From the NCBI GenBank assembly GCA_041594435.1, contig JBFHME010000002.1, positions 939 through 64,938 of the forward strand: a DNA stretch of 64,000 nucleotides. The letters are read 5' to 3'. Below are positions 25,297 through 34,087 of this stretch, one piece after another (the first letter of the stretch is position 1; every line of letters starts with the position of its first letter). This DNA comes from Acidimicrobiales bacterium (lineage in GTDB: Bacteria > Actinomycetota > Acidimicrobiia > Acidimicrobiales > SZUA-35). Under the pieces are notes generated by a model that was given only the letters and a program-made list of their open reading frames with translations, had not been told where the DNA came from and did no database searches. Made by a program: the position numbers and the translations under genes.

Positions 25297-26265
25297 ATGG
25301 ATCCCATTACCCGGCGACGGTTCCTGAGCCGGTCGGCATCGGCCGCCACGGCCACCGCAGCGGTCGCGGCGGTGGGGGGCGGCTTGGGATCGGTGCTGCT
25401 CGCCGGATGCGGACAACCGCTGCGGGCTCCCGATGTGGTGGCGTTGTTCAACCCCGATCGGGTCATCGCCGCCGGCCGTCCACAGCGCATCCCGTTCGCC
25501 CTGATCGATCCGGGTGGCGACGGTGGCATTGCCCTACCGTCGACCGACGAGGCGCTGGTGGCCGTGGAACTCACACTCGACGGCGACGTGCTCGACCGAA
25601 TCGAGATTGCCGGCCATGTCGTGACCCACGATCACGTGGGAGAGGTCGGCGACCACCAACACAGCGAGCTCTACCGCTACTATCCGGCCCGGTTCACCAT
25701 GCCCCGGCCGGACATCTACGACCTGGTGATCACCGTCGTCGATTCGGGCTTCGCCAATCCGCCGGCCACCTCGCTTCCGGTGCAGGCGTTCGATCCGGCC
25801 GATATCACGGTGCCGCTGGCCGGGGATCCGATGCCGGCCACCGCCACGCCCACCTTCGACGATCCCCGCGGCGTCGACCGACTGTGCACCCGCCCGGATC
25901 CGTGCCCGTTCCACACGCACAGCTTCGACGAGGTGATGGCCAACGGCCGGCCCAGCGCGCTCCTGGTGGCCACCCCGGCGTTCTGTTCGACCGCCTACTG
26001 CGGCCCGGTGGTGGAGACCATGATCGAGGCGGCGGCCGCGGTCGACGGTGTCGACATCGTACATGCCGAGGTGTACGCCAACCCCGGCGAGGTCGACGGA
26101 AACATCGCCGACCCGGCCATCCGCCTCGCCCCGGCCGTGGTCGCCACCGGACTCAGTTTCGAACCGTCTCTGTTTCTCGTGGGGTCCGACGGCGTACTCG
26201 TCGACCGGATCGACAACGTCTTCGATGTCGACGAGGCGGTCGAAGTCCTGCGCGCCCTGATCTGA
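25297..26265 (+). CDS. Tat-signal lipoprotein with thioredoxin-like C-terminal region
   Basis: The Tat motif is TRRRFLSRSA and the lipobox is LLAGC. The C-terminal segment PSALLVATPAFCSTAYCGPVVE looks thioredoxin-like. Confidence 0.6.
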   Translation: MDPITRRRFLSRSASAATATAAVAAVGGGLGSVLLAGCGQPLRAPDVVALFNPDRVIAAGRPQRIPFALIDPGGDGGIALPSTDEALVAVELTLDGDVLDRIEIAGHVVTHDHVGEVGDHQHSELYRYYPARFTMPRPDIYDLVITVVDSGFANPPATSLPVQAFDPADITVPLAGDPMPATATPTFDDPRGVDRLCTRPDPCPFHTHSFDEVMANGRPSALLVATPAFCSTAYCGPVVETMIEAAAAVDGVDIVHAEVYANPGEVDGNIADPAIRLAPAVVATGLSFEPSLFLVGSDGVLVDRIDNVFDVDEAVEVLRALI

Positions 26266-26292
26266 GAGCCGGCGCCGGACTGAAAACGGCCA

Positions 26293-26326
26293 AAGGTGGC
26301 GACGACGTCACGGTCGTCACCACCTT
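26293..26326 (+). terminator. stem-loop after the Tat lipoprotein gene
   Basis: AAGGTGGCGACGAC pairs with GTCGTCACCACCTT, giving 13 of 14 pairs around a short loop. It lies 28 nt after the stop. Confidence 0.55.
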
Positions 26327-26416
26327 CGTGTCACCCCGTACCGATTCCGCTGTTTGCCGTCACCGAGGAAGAAGGAGGGGCGGGCACCGATTCGCCCAAT
26401 GCGGGCCCGCCCCGGT

Positions 26417-26443
26417 CCTGGATGGCTGAGGGCCCCATCCAGG
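26417..26443 (-). terminator. stem-loop downstream of the minus-strand TM-helix gene
   Basis: CCTGGATGG (26417-26425) pairs with CCATCCAGG (26435-26443) as a perfect 9-bp stem with a 9-nt loop. A second 9-bp GC stem, GGGGCGGGC paired with GCCCGCCCC, lies just upstream (about 26377-26413). Confidence 0.45.
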
Positions 26444-26497
26444 AAAGTTGTCGCCCGAAGCCGAGGTCGCCCGTGAACTCGGCCCAGAAGGATTCCG

Positions 26498-27211
26498 CTA
26501 CTCCTGCGTGCTCTGCGGCTGGGGGGCAGGGGCCGGGACGCCTCGCTGGGCGGCGACATTGTCGTAGACGGCGGGCCAGAACCGATCCCGGGCCGCCCAG
26601 ATACCGCCGACACCGAATTTGATGACGATCAAGGCGCCGAGCGAGGCGAACACCGTTGTGGTCAGCGTGTCGATGACATCGGCGGCGATGCCGGCCTGAT
26701 CGAGAGCGGCGAGGCCGAAGATGACCCAGACCCCGATGCCGGCGGCGTTGGTGACGATGTTGGTGTAGCTCTGGCCGGCGGTCACGCTCTGTACCAGGTC
26801 GCGCACCACGTTGGCGACGATCCCACCGATGACGATGAGGGCCAGAGCGACGATGGCCTTCGGAATCCAGGCGATGAGCTGATCGAACGGCTCGTTGAGA
26901 GCATCAATGGCGAGCGCTCCGAAGGCGAGCTTGAGCACCAGCAGCATGAGCAGGTAGTAGAACAGCTTGGCCACGAATCGACCGCTGTCGGCGTATCCGG
27001 CCCGCTCCAGCGGGGCACCGATGCCCGCCCGATCGAGATAGTGATCGAGATTGATGGCACGGAAAAGCCGGGTGACAAGCTGTGCGAGGAAACGGGCAAC
27101 CCACCAACCAATGAGCAGGATGGCCAGGAACCCGATCAGCGCCGGCAGAAAGCCGAACAGCTCATCGAAGAAGCTGGTTATCCCTGTCTGTAGGGAGTCG
27201 ACGATGTCCAT
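26498..27211 (-). CDS. membrane protein with repeated 'conserved TM helix' units (MscS N-terminal-like)
   Basis: I trimmed the start to ATG 27211 (MDIVDSLQTGITSFFDELFGFLPALIGFLAILLIGWWVARFLA...). It has several TM helices of similar pattern and a Pro/Gln-rich tail. Confidence 0.65.
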   Translation of the reverse strand: MDIVDSLQTGITSFFDELFGFLPALIGFLAILLIGWWVARFLAQLVTRLFRAINLDHYLDRAGIGAPLERAGYADSGRFVAKLFYYLLMLLVLKLAFGALAIDALNEPFDQLIAWIPKAIVALALIVIGGIVANVVRDLVQSVTAGQSYTNIVTNAAGIGVWVIFGLAALDQAGIAADVIDTLTTTVFASLGALIVIKFGVGGIWAARDRFWPAVYDNVAAQRGVPAPAPQPQSTQE

Positions 27212-27673
27212 GATGGATAGCTCTCTTTCATTCTTGTTGTCGAGCGGATTGTTCGACGGTTGAACAGCCAACATAGTCGCGAATCAATTTCGGAAACTTC
27301 CAACGACCCCACGCATGAGGTAATCAGCCGCTCTCCGGCCGTTTTGTGTTCGCGACCTCGTAGTGTTTGAAACGTCGAAAGATTCATGGCGATGACGTCA
27401 CACGCTGCAGCGATGGGCCAGCAGTCGGCTCCCCTGGTGGAGCTGCTGCATGGCCGCCCGGGCTCGTTCGGTTCGACGAGCCGTGCGACGTCGTCGGCTG
27501 CTCGACGACCGCAGTCCGACTTGTGGGACCGGGTGCCGCTTCGACTTCGGCCGCCGCTACTTCCCGTCTACAGTCTTCTGGCGATGTCGGCCGGCACCGG
27601 GCGCGGCTCCGAAGCCAAGCTCTCCACACGAACCACGGTCAGCGGGGATGCAGCGGTCTCCGGTGAGGCCGCC

Positions 27674-28225
27674 ATGCCCCATCCCGACGAATCGTCCACC
27701 GCAACGACCTCCGATCAGCCCGACATCGATCCCGACGACCTGCACCGCCTCGTCGTCGAACACAGCGATGCCATCTACCGGCTGGCCCTGTCCGTGGTGC
27801 GCGATCGGGCCCTCGCCGAGGATGTTGCCCAGGAGGCACTGCTCAAGGCATGGCTGGCGCTACCGACGTTTCGGGGGGAATCATCGATTCGCAGCTGGCT
27901 TCTCCGCATCACCCACAACACGGCCGTCTCGACCCTGCGGCGCCGACGGGCGGTCGTCCTCGACCCGCACGACCTGCCGGAGGGCGAAACGCGCATCGAC
28001 CGCTCCGTCGAGTCCCGGGTTCAGGGTCGCGTCGTGATGGACGAGTTCGTCGAGGCGCTCGACACGCTCGACGAGTTGTCCCGCTCGATCGTGGTGCTGC
28101 GGGAGCTCGAAGGTCTGACGTACGACGAGATCGCGGAGGTCCTGGCCGTGCCGCTGCCGACGGTGAAGACGAGGTTGTTGCGAGCTCGTCGCCGTCTCGG
28201 GAACGTTCTGAGGGACTGGGCATGA
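27674..28225 (+). CDS. ECF-type sigma-70 family sigma factor
   Basis: Region 2 reads IYRLALSVVRDRALAEDVAQEALLKAW..SWLLRITHNTA. Region 4 reads LRELEGLTYDEIAEVLAVPLPTVKTRLLRARRRL. I trimmed the start to ATG 27674. The 96-aa upstream extension in the track is low-complexity sequence. Confidence 0.8.
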   Translation: MPHPDESSTATTSDQPDIDPDDLHRLVVEHSDAIYRLALSVVRDRALAEDVAQEALLKAWLALPTFRGESSIRSWLLRITHNTAVSTLRRRRAVVLDPHDLPEGETRIDRSVESRVQGRVVMDEFVEALDTLDELSRSIVVLRELEGLTYDEIAEVLAVPLPTVKTRLLRARRRLGNVLRDWA

Positions 28226-28563
28226 AACCGCTTCTGTTCCACCCGTCGCGCCGGGCGCTGCAGGCCTGGTTGCGGGATGACATCCACGACGTCAAACTCG
28301 ACGGCCACGTCTCGGTGTGCCGACGCTGCGCCAACCGGCTGGAACAGCTCGACACCGACGGCGGCAAGGATCCGACCGAGGACCTGGCCGGCGCACTGGC
28401 ACTCGTGCTCGCTCCGCCCGCCGACCTGTCGACCAGGTTGGAGCACAAGGTGACGCAACGCCTCGACTCGCGGGTCATGATCGGAGTGTTGTCCGACCTG
28501 TTCGCCGCCGGAATCGAGACGTCGAGAATGTTGATCCTCGACGAGCCCGACGAATCCGACTAG
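28222..28563 (+). CDS. ZAS-type (HxxxCxxC) anti-sigma factor, apparently without a TM segment
   Basis: Its ATG at 28222 overlaps the sigma stop (ATGA). The motif HVSVCRRC matches H-x3-C-x2-C. The product is 113 aa with an acidic tail. Confidence 0.6.
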   Translation: MKPLLFHPSRRALQAWLRDDIHDVKLDGHVSVCRRCANRLEQLDTDGGKDPTEDLAGALALVLAPPADLSTRLEHKVTQRLDSRVMIGVLSDLFAAGIETSRMLILDEPDESD

Positions 28564-28587
28564 AGAAAGAGGCAGGAGAAGAGGGAT

Positions 28588-29337
28588 ATGAACAACTGGA
28601 TTCTCGCCATCATCGCCGTGGCCGTCGGCGTCGTCGTCGGAATCATCGTCTCCCGAATCGTTCGCGCCATCGTCGGGGCGGAGAACCGCCCGCAGGCGGT
28701 ACGCGACGTGGCCCGCCCGGTGTCTCAGCTGGCGCTGGCGATCGGCGTGGTGGCCGGCCTCGTCGCCGCCCTGGGATTCGTGCAACCCGATGCACTCGAT
28801 CAGTTGCCGCGCGACGTGGTCGCGTTCGTCCCGAAGTTGATGGTGGCCGCCATCATCATCATTCTCGCCAACGTCCTGGCGTCCTTCGCCACCACGGCGC
28901 TCGACCAGGCCACCGGCAGGATGCCGCTGAACGTTCAGCGTCAGGCCAACCTGATCGTGAAGGGCACGATCGTGGCACTGGCCGTGCTGCTCGCCGTCAG
29001 CCAACTCGGGATCGACACCGAGGTCATCAACATGGGGGTGGCGGCCATCTTCTTCGGCCTCGCCGCCAGCTTCACCCTGCTCGTCGGCCTCGGCGGCCAG
29101 GGAGTCGCCCGCGAAGTGGCGGCATCGCGGGCGCTACGGCGGATGGTCAAGGAAGGTGACAGCGTCACCATCGACGACGTCACCGGCACCGTCGAGGCCC
29201 TGCACCCGACGGCCATCGAGATCGAGACCGCCACCAAGGAATCCGTGCTGGTCCCGTCGTCGCACTTCCTGACCCACAACGTGTTGGTCGAACGGGCCCC
29301 CAAGCCGACCAATGCGGAAGGCGCAGAGGCCGGGTAG
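28588..29337 (+). CDS. small MscS-like mechanosensitive channel family protein
   Basis: TM helices are followed by an MscS beta-domain-like segment, GDSVTIDDVTGTVEALHPTAIEIETATKESVLVPSSHFLTHNVLVER. A purine-rich RBS precedes the ATG. Confidence 0.65.
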   Translation: MNNWILAIIAVAVGVVVGIIVSRIVRAIVGAENRPQAVRDVARPVSQLALAIGVVAGLVAALGFVQPDALDQLPRDVVAFVPKLMVAAIIIILANVLASFATTALDQATGRMPLNVQRQANLIVKGTIVALAVLLAVSQLGIDTEVINMGVAAIFFGLAASFTLLVGLGGQGVAREVAASRALRRMVKEGDSVTIDDVTGTVEALHPTAIEIETATKESVLVPSSHFLTHNVLVERAPKPTNAEGAEAG

Positions 29338-29344
29338 CGGCCGT

Positions 29345-30517
29345 TCAGCTCTCGCTCTCGGCGAGGGCCTCCTCCATCAGATCGAGCATGCGGGCGGTGC
29401 AACCCTCCATCTCCACCGGCGGAGCGACGTCGGTGACGATCCGATCGGCGATGTGCTTGAAGGCGGCGGCCGCGGCACCGTCACCCAGCACCGCCGGCTC
29501 CCCGGCGTCACCGCCCGAAGAGACCGCCGGCTCGATCGGGATCCGCCCGATGAGATCGAGACCGGCCTCGGCCGCCAGCGCTTCGCCGCCGCCGCTACCG
29601 AACAGTTGGTGTCGTTCACCGTCCGGCGTCTCGAAGTACGACATGTTCTCGATGACACCGGCGACCCGCAGATACGACTTCCGGGCCATCGACACCGCAC
29701 GGCTCGCCACCTTCTGGGCACCGGTCGCCGGGGTCGTGACCACGATCATCTCGGCCCGGGGAATCATCCGGGCCAGGCCCATGGCCACGTCACCGGTGCC
29801 CGGGGGCATGTCGATGACGACGTAGTCGAGGTCCGACGCCCAGTCGACATCCTCCAGGAAGTGCTGGACGGCTCGGTTGAGCATCAAACCTCGCCAGAGA
29901 AGGGCTGAGTCCTCGTCGTCGACCAACAACCCCATCGACACGACGTCGAGACGGCCGGCACCGACCGAACGGGTCAGCGGCACGATCGAGGTGCGCTCAC
30001 CGGACTTCGACGCGCCGAGGCGGCCGTCGAGGCCCAGCATCCGGGGGATGGAGAAGCCCCAGATGTCGGCGTCGATGACCCCGACCTGGAAACCGCGGGC
30101 GGCGAGGGCCGCCGCCAGGTTCGCCGTGACCGATGACTTGCCGACACCGCCCTTGCCGGAGGCGATGGCCAGGACTCGTGCCGTGGCCGGTATCGCGGTC
30201 TGCGGTGCTCGTTCGGCGGCGTTCCTGCGGGCCACGGCCATTGCCGCCGAGCGCTCCTCGGCGTCGAGCACGCTCCAGTCGATCCGTACCTTCGTGACGC
30301 CCGGCAGGGACTCGACCCTGGTCTTGGCGTCCCGTTGGATCTGTCCTCGTAGCGGGCAGCCGGCTGTGGTGAGCGCGACGTCGAGCGTGACGACGCCGTC
30401 GTCGGCAACCGCAACACCCTTGATCATGCCGAGCTCGACGATGTTCGCGCCGAGTTCGGGATCGATGACTCCTCGCAGCACACCGGTGATCGTCGCTTGG
30501 TCGGGCAAATCAGACAC
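29345..30517 (-). CDS. mrp: Mrp/ApbC/NBP35-family Fe-S cluster carrier ATPase with N-terminal DUF59 domain
   Basis: The DUF59 domain reads ITGVLRGVIDPELGANIVELGMIKG. The P-loop reads IASGKGGVGKSSVTANLA. The start could be GTG 30517 or TTG 30508. Confidence 0.85.
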   Translation of the reverse strand: MSDLPDQATITGVLRGVIDPELGANIVELGMIKGVAVADDGVVTLDVALTTAGCPLRGQIQRDAKTRVESLPGVTKVRIDWSVLDAEERSAAMAVARRNAAERAPQTAIPATARVLAIASGKGGVGKSSVTANLAAALAARGFQVGVIDADIWGFSIPRMLGLDGRLGASKSGERTSIVPLTRSVGAGRLDVVSMGLLVDDEDSALLWRGLMLNRAVQHFLEDVDWASDLDYVVIDMPPGTGDVAMGLARMIPRAEMIVVTTPATGAQKVASRAVSMARKSYLRVAGVIENMSYFETPDGERHQLFGSGGGEALAAEAGLDLIGRIPIEPAVSSGGDAGEPAVLGDGAAAAAFKHIADRIVTDVAPPVEMEGCTARMLDLMEEALAESES

Positions 30518-30736
30518 ACTCCCAGGCTATCGACTGCGGAGCGACCGCCGGGATGACTCCCGGCACGCCCGACGGCACGCCCGACTCGGCGCCGGGGATT
30601 TGCGACCACCGGTCCCTCGTCTCTACGATCGTCGACGGACGCCCCAAATCGACATCGGCGGTACGGGGTGCACGAGTCGTCAATGACAACCACCAGTCGA
30701 CGCTGATCGACATTGACCGAGTCGAAGGAGGGAACC

Positions 30737-30928
30737 GTGTCGGGGCCTTCTTTCGGCCACAAGTCGACACAATTCATGGTGACCGGTCCCGATTGCTCGG
30801 AGCTGCGGACCATCGATTGTGCGACGAGCCGGTCGGCCCGAATCCTATCCTCGGGCCGACCGGGGGTTCTGGCCCGAGGTCCGATCAATCCGGTCGCCCG
30901 GGAATACTTCAACCGCCGATCATGTTGA
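30737..30928 (+). CDS. candidate small ORF (63 aa, 3 Cys) in the mrp-erpA gap
   Basis: AAGGAGG at 30725-30731 lies 5 nt before GTG 30737. The ORF reads VSGPSFGHKSTQFMVTGPDCSELRTIDCATSRSARILSSGRPGVLARGPINPVAREYFNRRSC. I recognise no homolog. Confidence 0.3.
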   Translation: MSGPSFGHKSTQFMVTGPDCSELRTIDCATSRSARILSSGRPGVLARGPINPVAREYFNRRSC

Positions 30929-30976
30929 GATTGATCGGGTACAACCGATCGACGGTAGAATCGAAGAGGAACGAAC

Positions 30977-30994
30977 GCCGACGGGCCCGTCGGC
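30977..30994. promoter_or_regulatory. perfect 18-bp palindrome upstream of erpA
   Basis: GCCGACGGGCCCGTCGGC lies 6 nt upstream of the erpA SD (AGAGGAG, 31001-31007). CCGATCA (30915-30921) and TGATCGG (30932-30938) form a further inverted repeat around the small-ORF stop. Confidence 0.4.
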
Positions 30995-31016
30995 CCACAC
31001 AGAGGAGTCACGGCAC

Positions 31017-31337
31017 ATGTTGACCGTTACCGACGCCGCAGCGACCAAGGTGAAAGAACTACTCGAGCAGGAGGACGATCCCGCCCTCGCACTTCGGGTG
31101 GCGGTACGACCCGGTGGCTGCTCGGGCTTCTCCTATGAGATGTTCTTCGACGGCGAGGTCGACGACAGTGATCAGTCCACCACCTTCGGTGAGGTCACGG
31201 TCGTGGTCGATCCGACCAGTGCACAGCTGCTCACCGGCGCCACGCTCGACTACAAGGACGGCCTGCAGCAGACGGGGTTCTCGATCGACAATCCCAATGC
31301 GCAGCGCACCTGCGGCTGCGGTCAGTCGTTCTCGTAG
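31017..31337 (+). CDS. erpA: HesB/IscA/ErpA-family iron-sulfur cluster insertion protein
   Basis: I trimmed the start to ATG 31017. The sequence reads MLTVTDAAATKVKELL..LRVAVRPGGCSGFSY..DNPNAQRTCGCGQSFS, which includes the C-x-C motif. Confidence 0.85.
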   Translation: MLTVTDAAATKVKELLEQEDDPALALRVAVRPGGCSGFSYEMFFDGEVDDSDQSTTFGEVTVVVDPTSAQLLTGATLDYKDGLQQTGFSIDNPNAQRTCGCGQSFS

Positions 31338-31401
31338 GTCCGCCCTCGGCTCACCGTCGAACCCTGGCGTTCAGGCTCCGAGACCCAAAGCCGCAAAAAA
31401 C

Positions 31402-31436
31402 AAACCGCGCCGACCGGATTCCGGTGGGCGCGGTTT
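31402..31436. terminator. bidirectional intrinsic terminator between erpA (+) and the MBL-like gene (-)
   Basis: AAACCGCGCC (31402-31411) pairs with GGCGCGGTTT (31427-31436). An inner ACCGG/CCGGT stem extends the hairpin. It is flanked by an A-run upstream and TTT..TTTGTT downstream. Confidence 0.75.
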
Positions 31437-31490
31437 CGCGTTTGTTGGGTGTGTTCCCTGCGGGCTCGGTACAACCGGCCGAGACAGTGG

Positions 31491-32066
31491 CTAGAAGAGG
31501 CCGCCGACGTCTTCCATGTACTGGCCGTGACCGGGGGCCACGGACTTGATCCGGAACGACTTCACCTTCGCGGGAAGCCCTTCGGGCACCGAGTCGTCGA
31601 CGATGTGATCGCCGCACAACAACGTGCGCTCCTGCTCGAGCACGAACGAGAACCTGCCGTCGGAGCCGTCGTCGATCGCCACCGCCGTGATGCGGAACTC
31701 CGTGGCGTCGATCTTGTAGCCGTCGCCCAGGACCTGGTCGGCGCCGTCGAATCCGGGAGGCGCGACCAATTCGGCACCGGTGCGCTCCTTCAACATCTGA
31801 GCGCCCGCGGAGTAGGGCGCACTCGTGTCGGTCAAAACGATCCAGCGAATGCGGTCGCCGCCACAGCCGCAAAGCACATCGAGGTGCCCTTCGTCCATCG
31901 GGCCCGGGTCGACGATCACGATCTCATCGATCCCCACCAGATACGTGTTGAGGCCGGGCTCGCCATCGGCGCCCTCGGCGGCGATTCGCCGCACCAGCGG
32001 GCTGAGCGCCCTGGCCACACCGGGCGTGATGGGTGGAAGTGGAACTTGTTCTTCGGTGATCGACAC
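31491..32066 (-). CDS. MBL-fold protein with degenerate metal-binding motif
   Basis: I trimmed the start to GTG 32066, with a GAGGAG 5 nt upstream. The MBL-like layout NTYLVGIDEIVIVDPG...WIVLTDTSAPYSAG replaces the expected HxHxDH. Later GDH and PGHG motifs are retained. Confidence 0.55.
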   Translation of the reverse strand: MSITEEQVPLPPITPGVARALSPLVRRIAAEGADGEPGLNTYLVGIDEIVIVDPGPMDEGHLDVLCGCGGDRIRWIVLTDTSAPYSAGAQMLKERTGAELVAPPGFDGADQVLGDGYKIDATEFRITAVAIDDGSDGRFSFVLEQERTLLCGDHIVDDSVPEGLPAKVKSFRIKSVAPGHGQYMEDVGGLF

Positions 32067-32094
32067 TGCGACTCCTCTATCTACAGGCCGGTCG

Positions 32095-32643
32095 TCACGG
32101 CAGCTCGTGCACGTGCGCCTGGGCTTGCGCACGGTCAGCCGACGACGCCGGAGGGCGGGCGGGGTCCTTTACGGTTGCGGTCACGTCGACGACATGGCGT
32201 CGACGCTGAAAGCTGCGACCGTCGAGGGCCCCAGCAGGTAGGAGGCCTGACAGCCTCGATCCCAGTGAGGGGGCGAGTAGCCTCCTCACCGGCCCAACTA
32301 ACAACACGGATCCGATGGCACCGGTCAACAGCCCGGGAAATGCCAGCAGCAATGCCCCGGTGATCCGCAACGCCCGGTCGGCCATCGCGTGATCAGCGGG
32401 AACGTCTGCCGACGGTCGACCGACGGCGACATCGGACATGTCCTGCAGCGATCGGGCGATCGCACTCGGGGCGAAACGTACGAGGTATCGCACGCCGACA
32501 ACCGACAGCAAGACCGAAACCACGGAAGCGGCCGGCAGGCCGACTCGACCGGCCACGACGACGAACGCCAACAGCTCGGCAGCAAAAACAGCAGCCACCG
32601 ATCCAGCAACGCCCCTTGCCGACGTGAACAACATCACCACCAT
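32095..32643 (-). CDS. fxsA: FxsA-family membrane protein
   Basis: I trimmed the start to ATG 32643 (alternative 32634). The sequence reads MVVMLFTSARGVAGSVAAVFAAELLAFVVVAG..LLLAFPGLLTGAIGSVLLVGPVRRLL. Confidence 0.6.
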   Translation of the reverse strand: MVVMLFTSARGVAGSVAAVFAAELLAFVVVAGRVGLPAASVVSVLLSVVGVRYLVRFAPSAIARSLQDMSDVAVGRPSADVPADHAMADRALRITGALLLAFPGLLTGAIGSVLLVGPVRRLLAPSLGSRLSGLLPAGALDGRSFQRRRHVVDVTATVKDPARPPASSADRAQAQAHVHELP

Positions 32644-32800
32644 TCTACCGGCACCATGGGCCAAGCCGGTGCGGTTTGATGTCGAGGAACACCGGAACAT
32701 CGCCCAGCAGAGCCGGTTGGGGCCGTCTCCCGGGCCCGCGTCGACCGGCGACGGCTCGAGACCCATGGGTGACGACACCGCCGCGGGATAGTGTGAGAAC

Positions 32801-34087
32801 GTGACTCGCCCACCGTCGGTCGACCAGTTGGCCCGCTCGCTCCACCACCACGGGCTCCCCCACCCGATGCTCGTCGCGCTGGCGCGGGAGGCCATCGCCC
32901 AGGGACGCCACGAACAGGCCGATGCCCTTGTCAACGAGCGCAAGCGGCGCCTGTTGCAGCCGGTCATCAACGCCACCGGTGTGCTGCTGCACACGAACCT
33001 CGGTCGGGCTCCGGTACCGGTCACCGTCGACGCGACCTACTCGAACCTCGAGCTCTCCCTCGCCACCGGCCAGCGGGGCAGCCGCCAGAGGACGGTGGGC
33101 GAAACGCTGGCCACCGCATGCGGCGCGGAGGCGGCAATGGTCGTCAACAACTGCGCCTCGGCGGTGCTGCTGGTCTTGGCCGCCCTCGGCGCCGGCCGCC
33201 GGGTGGCCGTGGGCCGCGGCGAGCTGGTGGAGATCGGCGGTGGATTTCGCATCCCCGATGTGATGGCCCAGTCGGGAGCGGAGCTGGTCGAGGTCGGCAC
33301 CACGAACCGGTGCCGTCTCACCGACTACACCGACGCCGGTGACCTTTGCATGGTGCTCAAGGTCCATCGCTCGAACTACAAGATCGTCGGGTTCACCCAG
33401 GACGTGTCGATCGAGACGCTGGCCCGGGCGCCGGAGTTGGCCGACGCCGCGCTGGTCGTCGACCTCGGATCCGGCCTGCTCGACGCCTCGTGCCCCTGGC
33501 TCGACGGTCCGCCACCGACCTGGCTCGCCGACGAACCGGCCGTCCGCCAGACGCTGTCGGCCGGGGCCGACCTGGTGCTGTTCAGTGGTGACAAACTCTT
33601 CGGTGGTCCGCAGGCCGGGATCATCGCCGGACGCCGGGACCTCGTCGAGGAGTGCGGCCGTCATCCGCTGGCTCGGGCGGTACGACCGGGTTCGCTGGTA
33701 CTGAACGCCGTTCAACAGACGACGTTGGCCTACCTCGACCGACGGGGCGACGACATCCCGGTGTGGCGAATGGTCGCCACCCCGGTCGCCGAGCTGGCGT
33801 CCCGGGCCGATGCCATCGTCGTCGCCGTGGGAGCCGACCGTGGTCTGCTCAGCGCCCCCTGCGAATCCGTTCCAGGGGGCGGCACGCTCCCGACCGTGGG
33901 TTTCCCGAGCCACGGCCTCCGTCTCGACGGTGACTTCGTCGCCCCCCTTCGAGATCTGGAGCGACCCGTCATAGCCCGCATCGAAAACGACGAAACGATT
34001 CTCGACCTGCGGACGGTCGACCCCGCCGACGACGACTACCTGGCCGGCGGTCTCGCCCGGGTGCTGGAAGCCGCGGTCGAGCCATGA
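32801..34087 (+). CDS. selA: L-seryl-tRNA(Sec) selenium transferase
   Basis: The sequence shows LLQPVINATGVLLHTNLGRAP, NNCASAVLL and the PLP-lysine motif FSGDKLFGGPQAGIIAG. Confidence 0.85.
   Translation: MTRPPSVDQLARSLHHHGLPHPMLVALAREAIAQGRHEQADALVNERKRRLLQPVINATGVLLHTNLGRAPVPVTVDATYSNLELSLATGQRGSRQRTVGETLATACGAEAAMVVNNCASAVLLVLAALGAGRRVAVGRGELVEIGGGFRIPDVMAQSGAELVEVGTTNRCRLTDYTDAGDLCMVLKVHRSNYKIVGFTQDVSIETLARAPELADAALVVDLGSGLLDASCPWLDGPPPTWLADEPAVRQTLSAGADLVLFSGDKLFGGPQAGIIAGRRDLVEECGRHPLARAVRPGSLVLNAVQQTTLAYLDRRGDDIPVWRMVATPVAELASRADAIVVAVGADRGLLSAPCESVPGGGTLPTVGFPSHGLRLDGDFVAPLRDLERPVIARIENDETILDLRTVDPADDDYLAGGLARVLEAAVEP

Noticed and set aside
27386-27673. A 96-aa N-terminal extension of the ECF sigma factor, as in the ORF track (start 27386).
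   Set aside because: The extension is low-complexity sequence (Ser/Ala/Arg/Pro/Leu) with no sigma region 1-like features. ATG 27674 has a GGTGAGG SD-like element 5 nt upstream and gives a typical ~183-aa ECF sigma. Codon bias alone could not exclude the longer form.
32644-32800. A possible tRNA-Sec (selC) in the 157-nt spacer upstream of selA. The CCATGGG ... CCCATGG inverted repeat looked like an acceptor stem.
   Set aside because: The plus strand has no TCA triplet. The three minus-strand TCAs are not preceded by U33 and sit in the wrong position relative to the putative acceptor stem. No T-arm or long variable arm could be folded.
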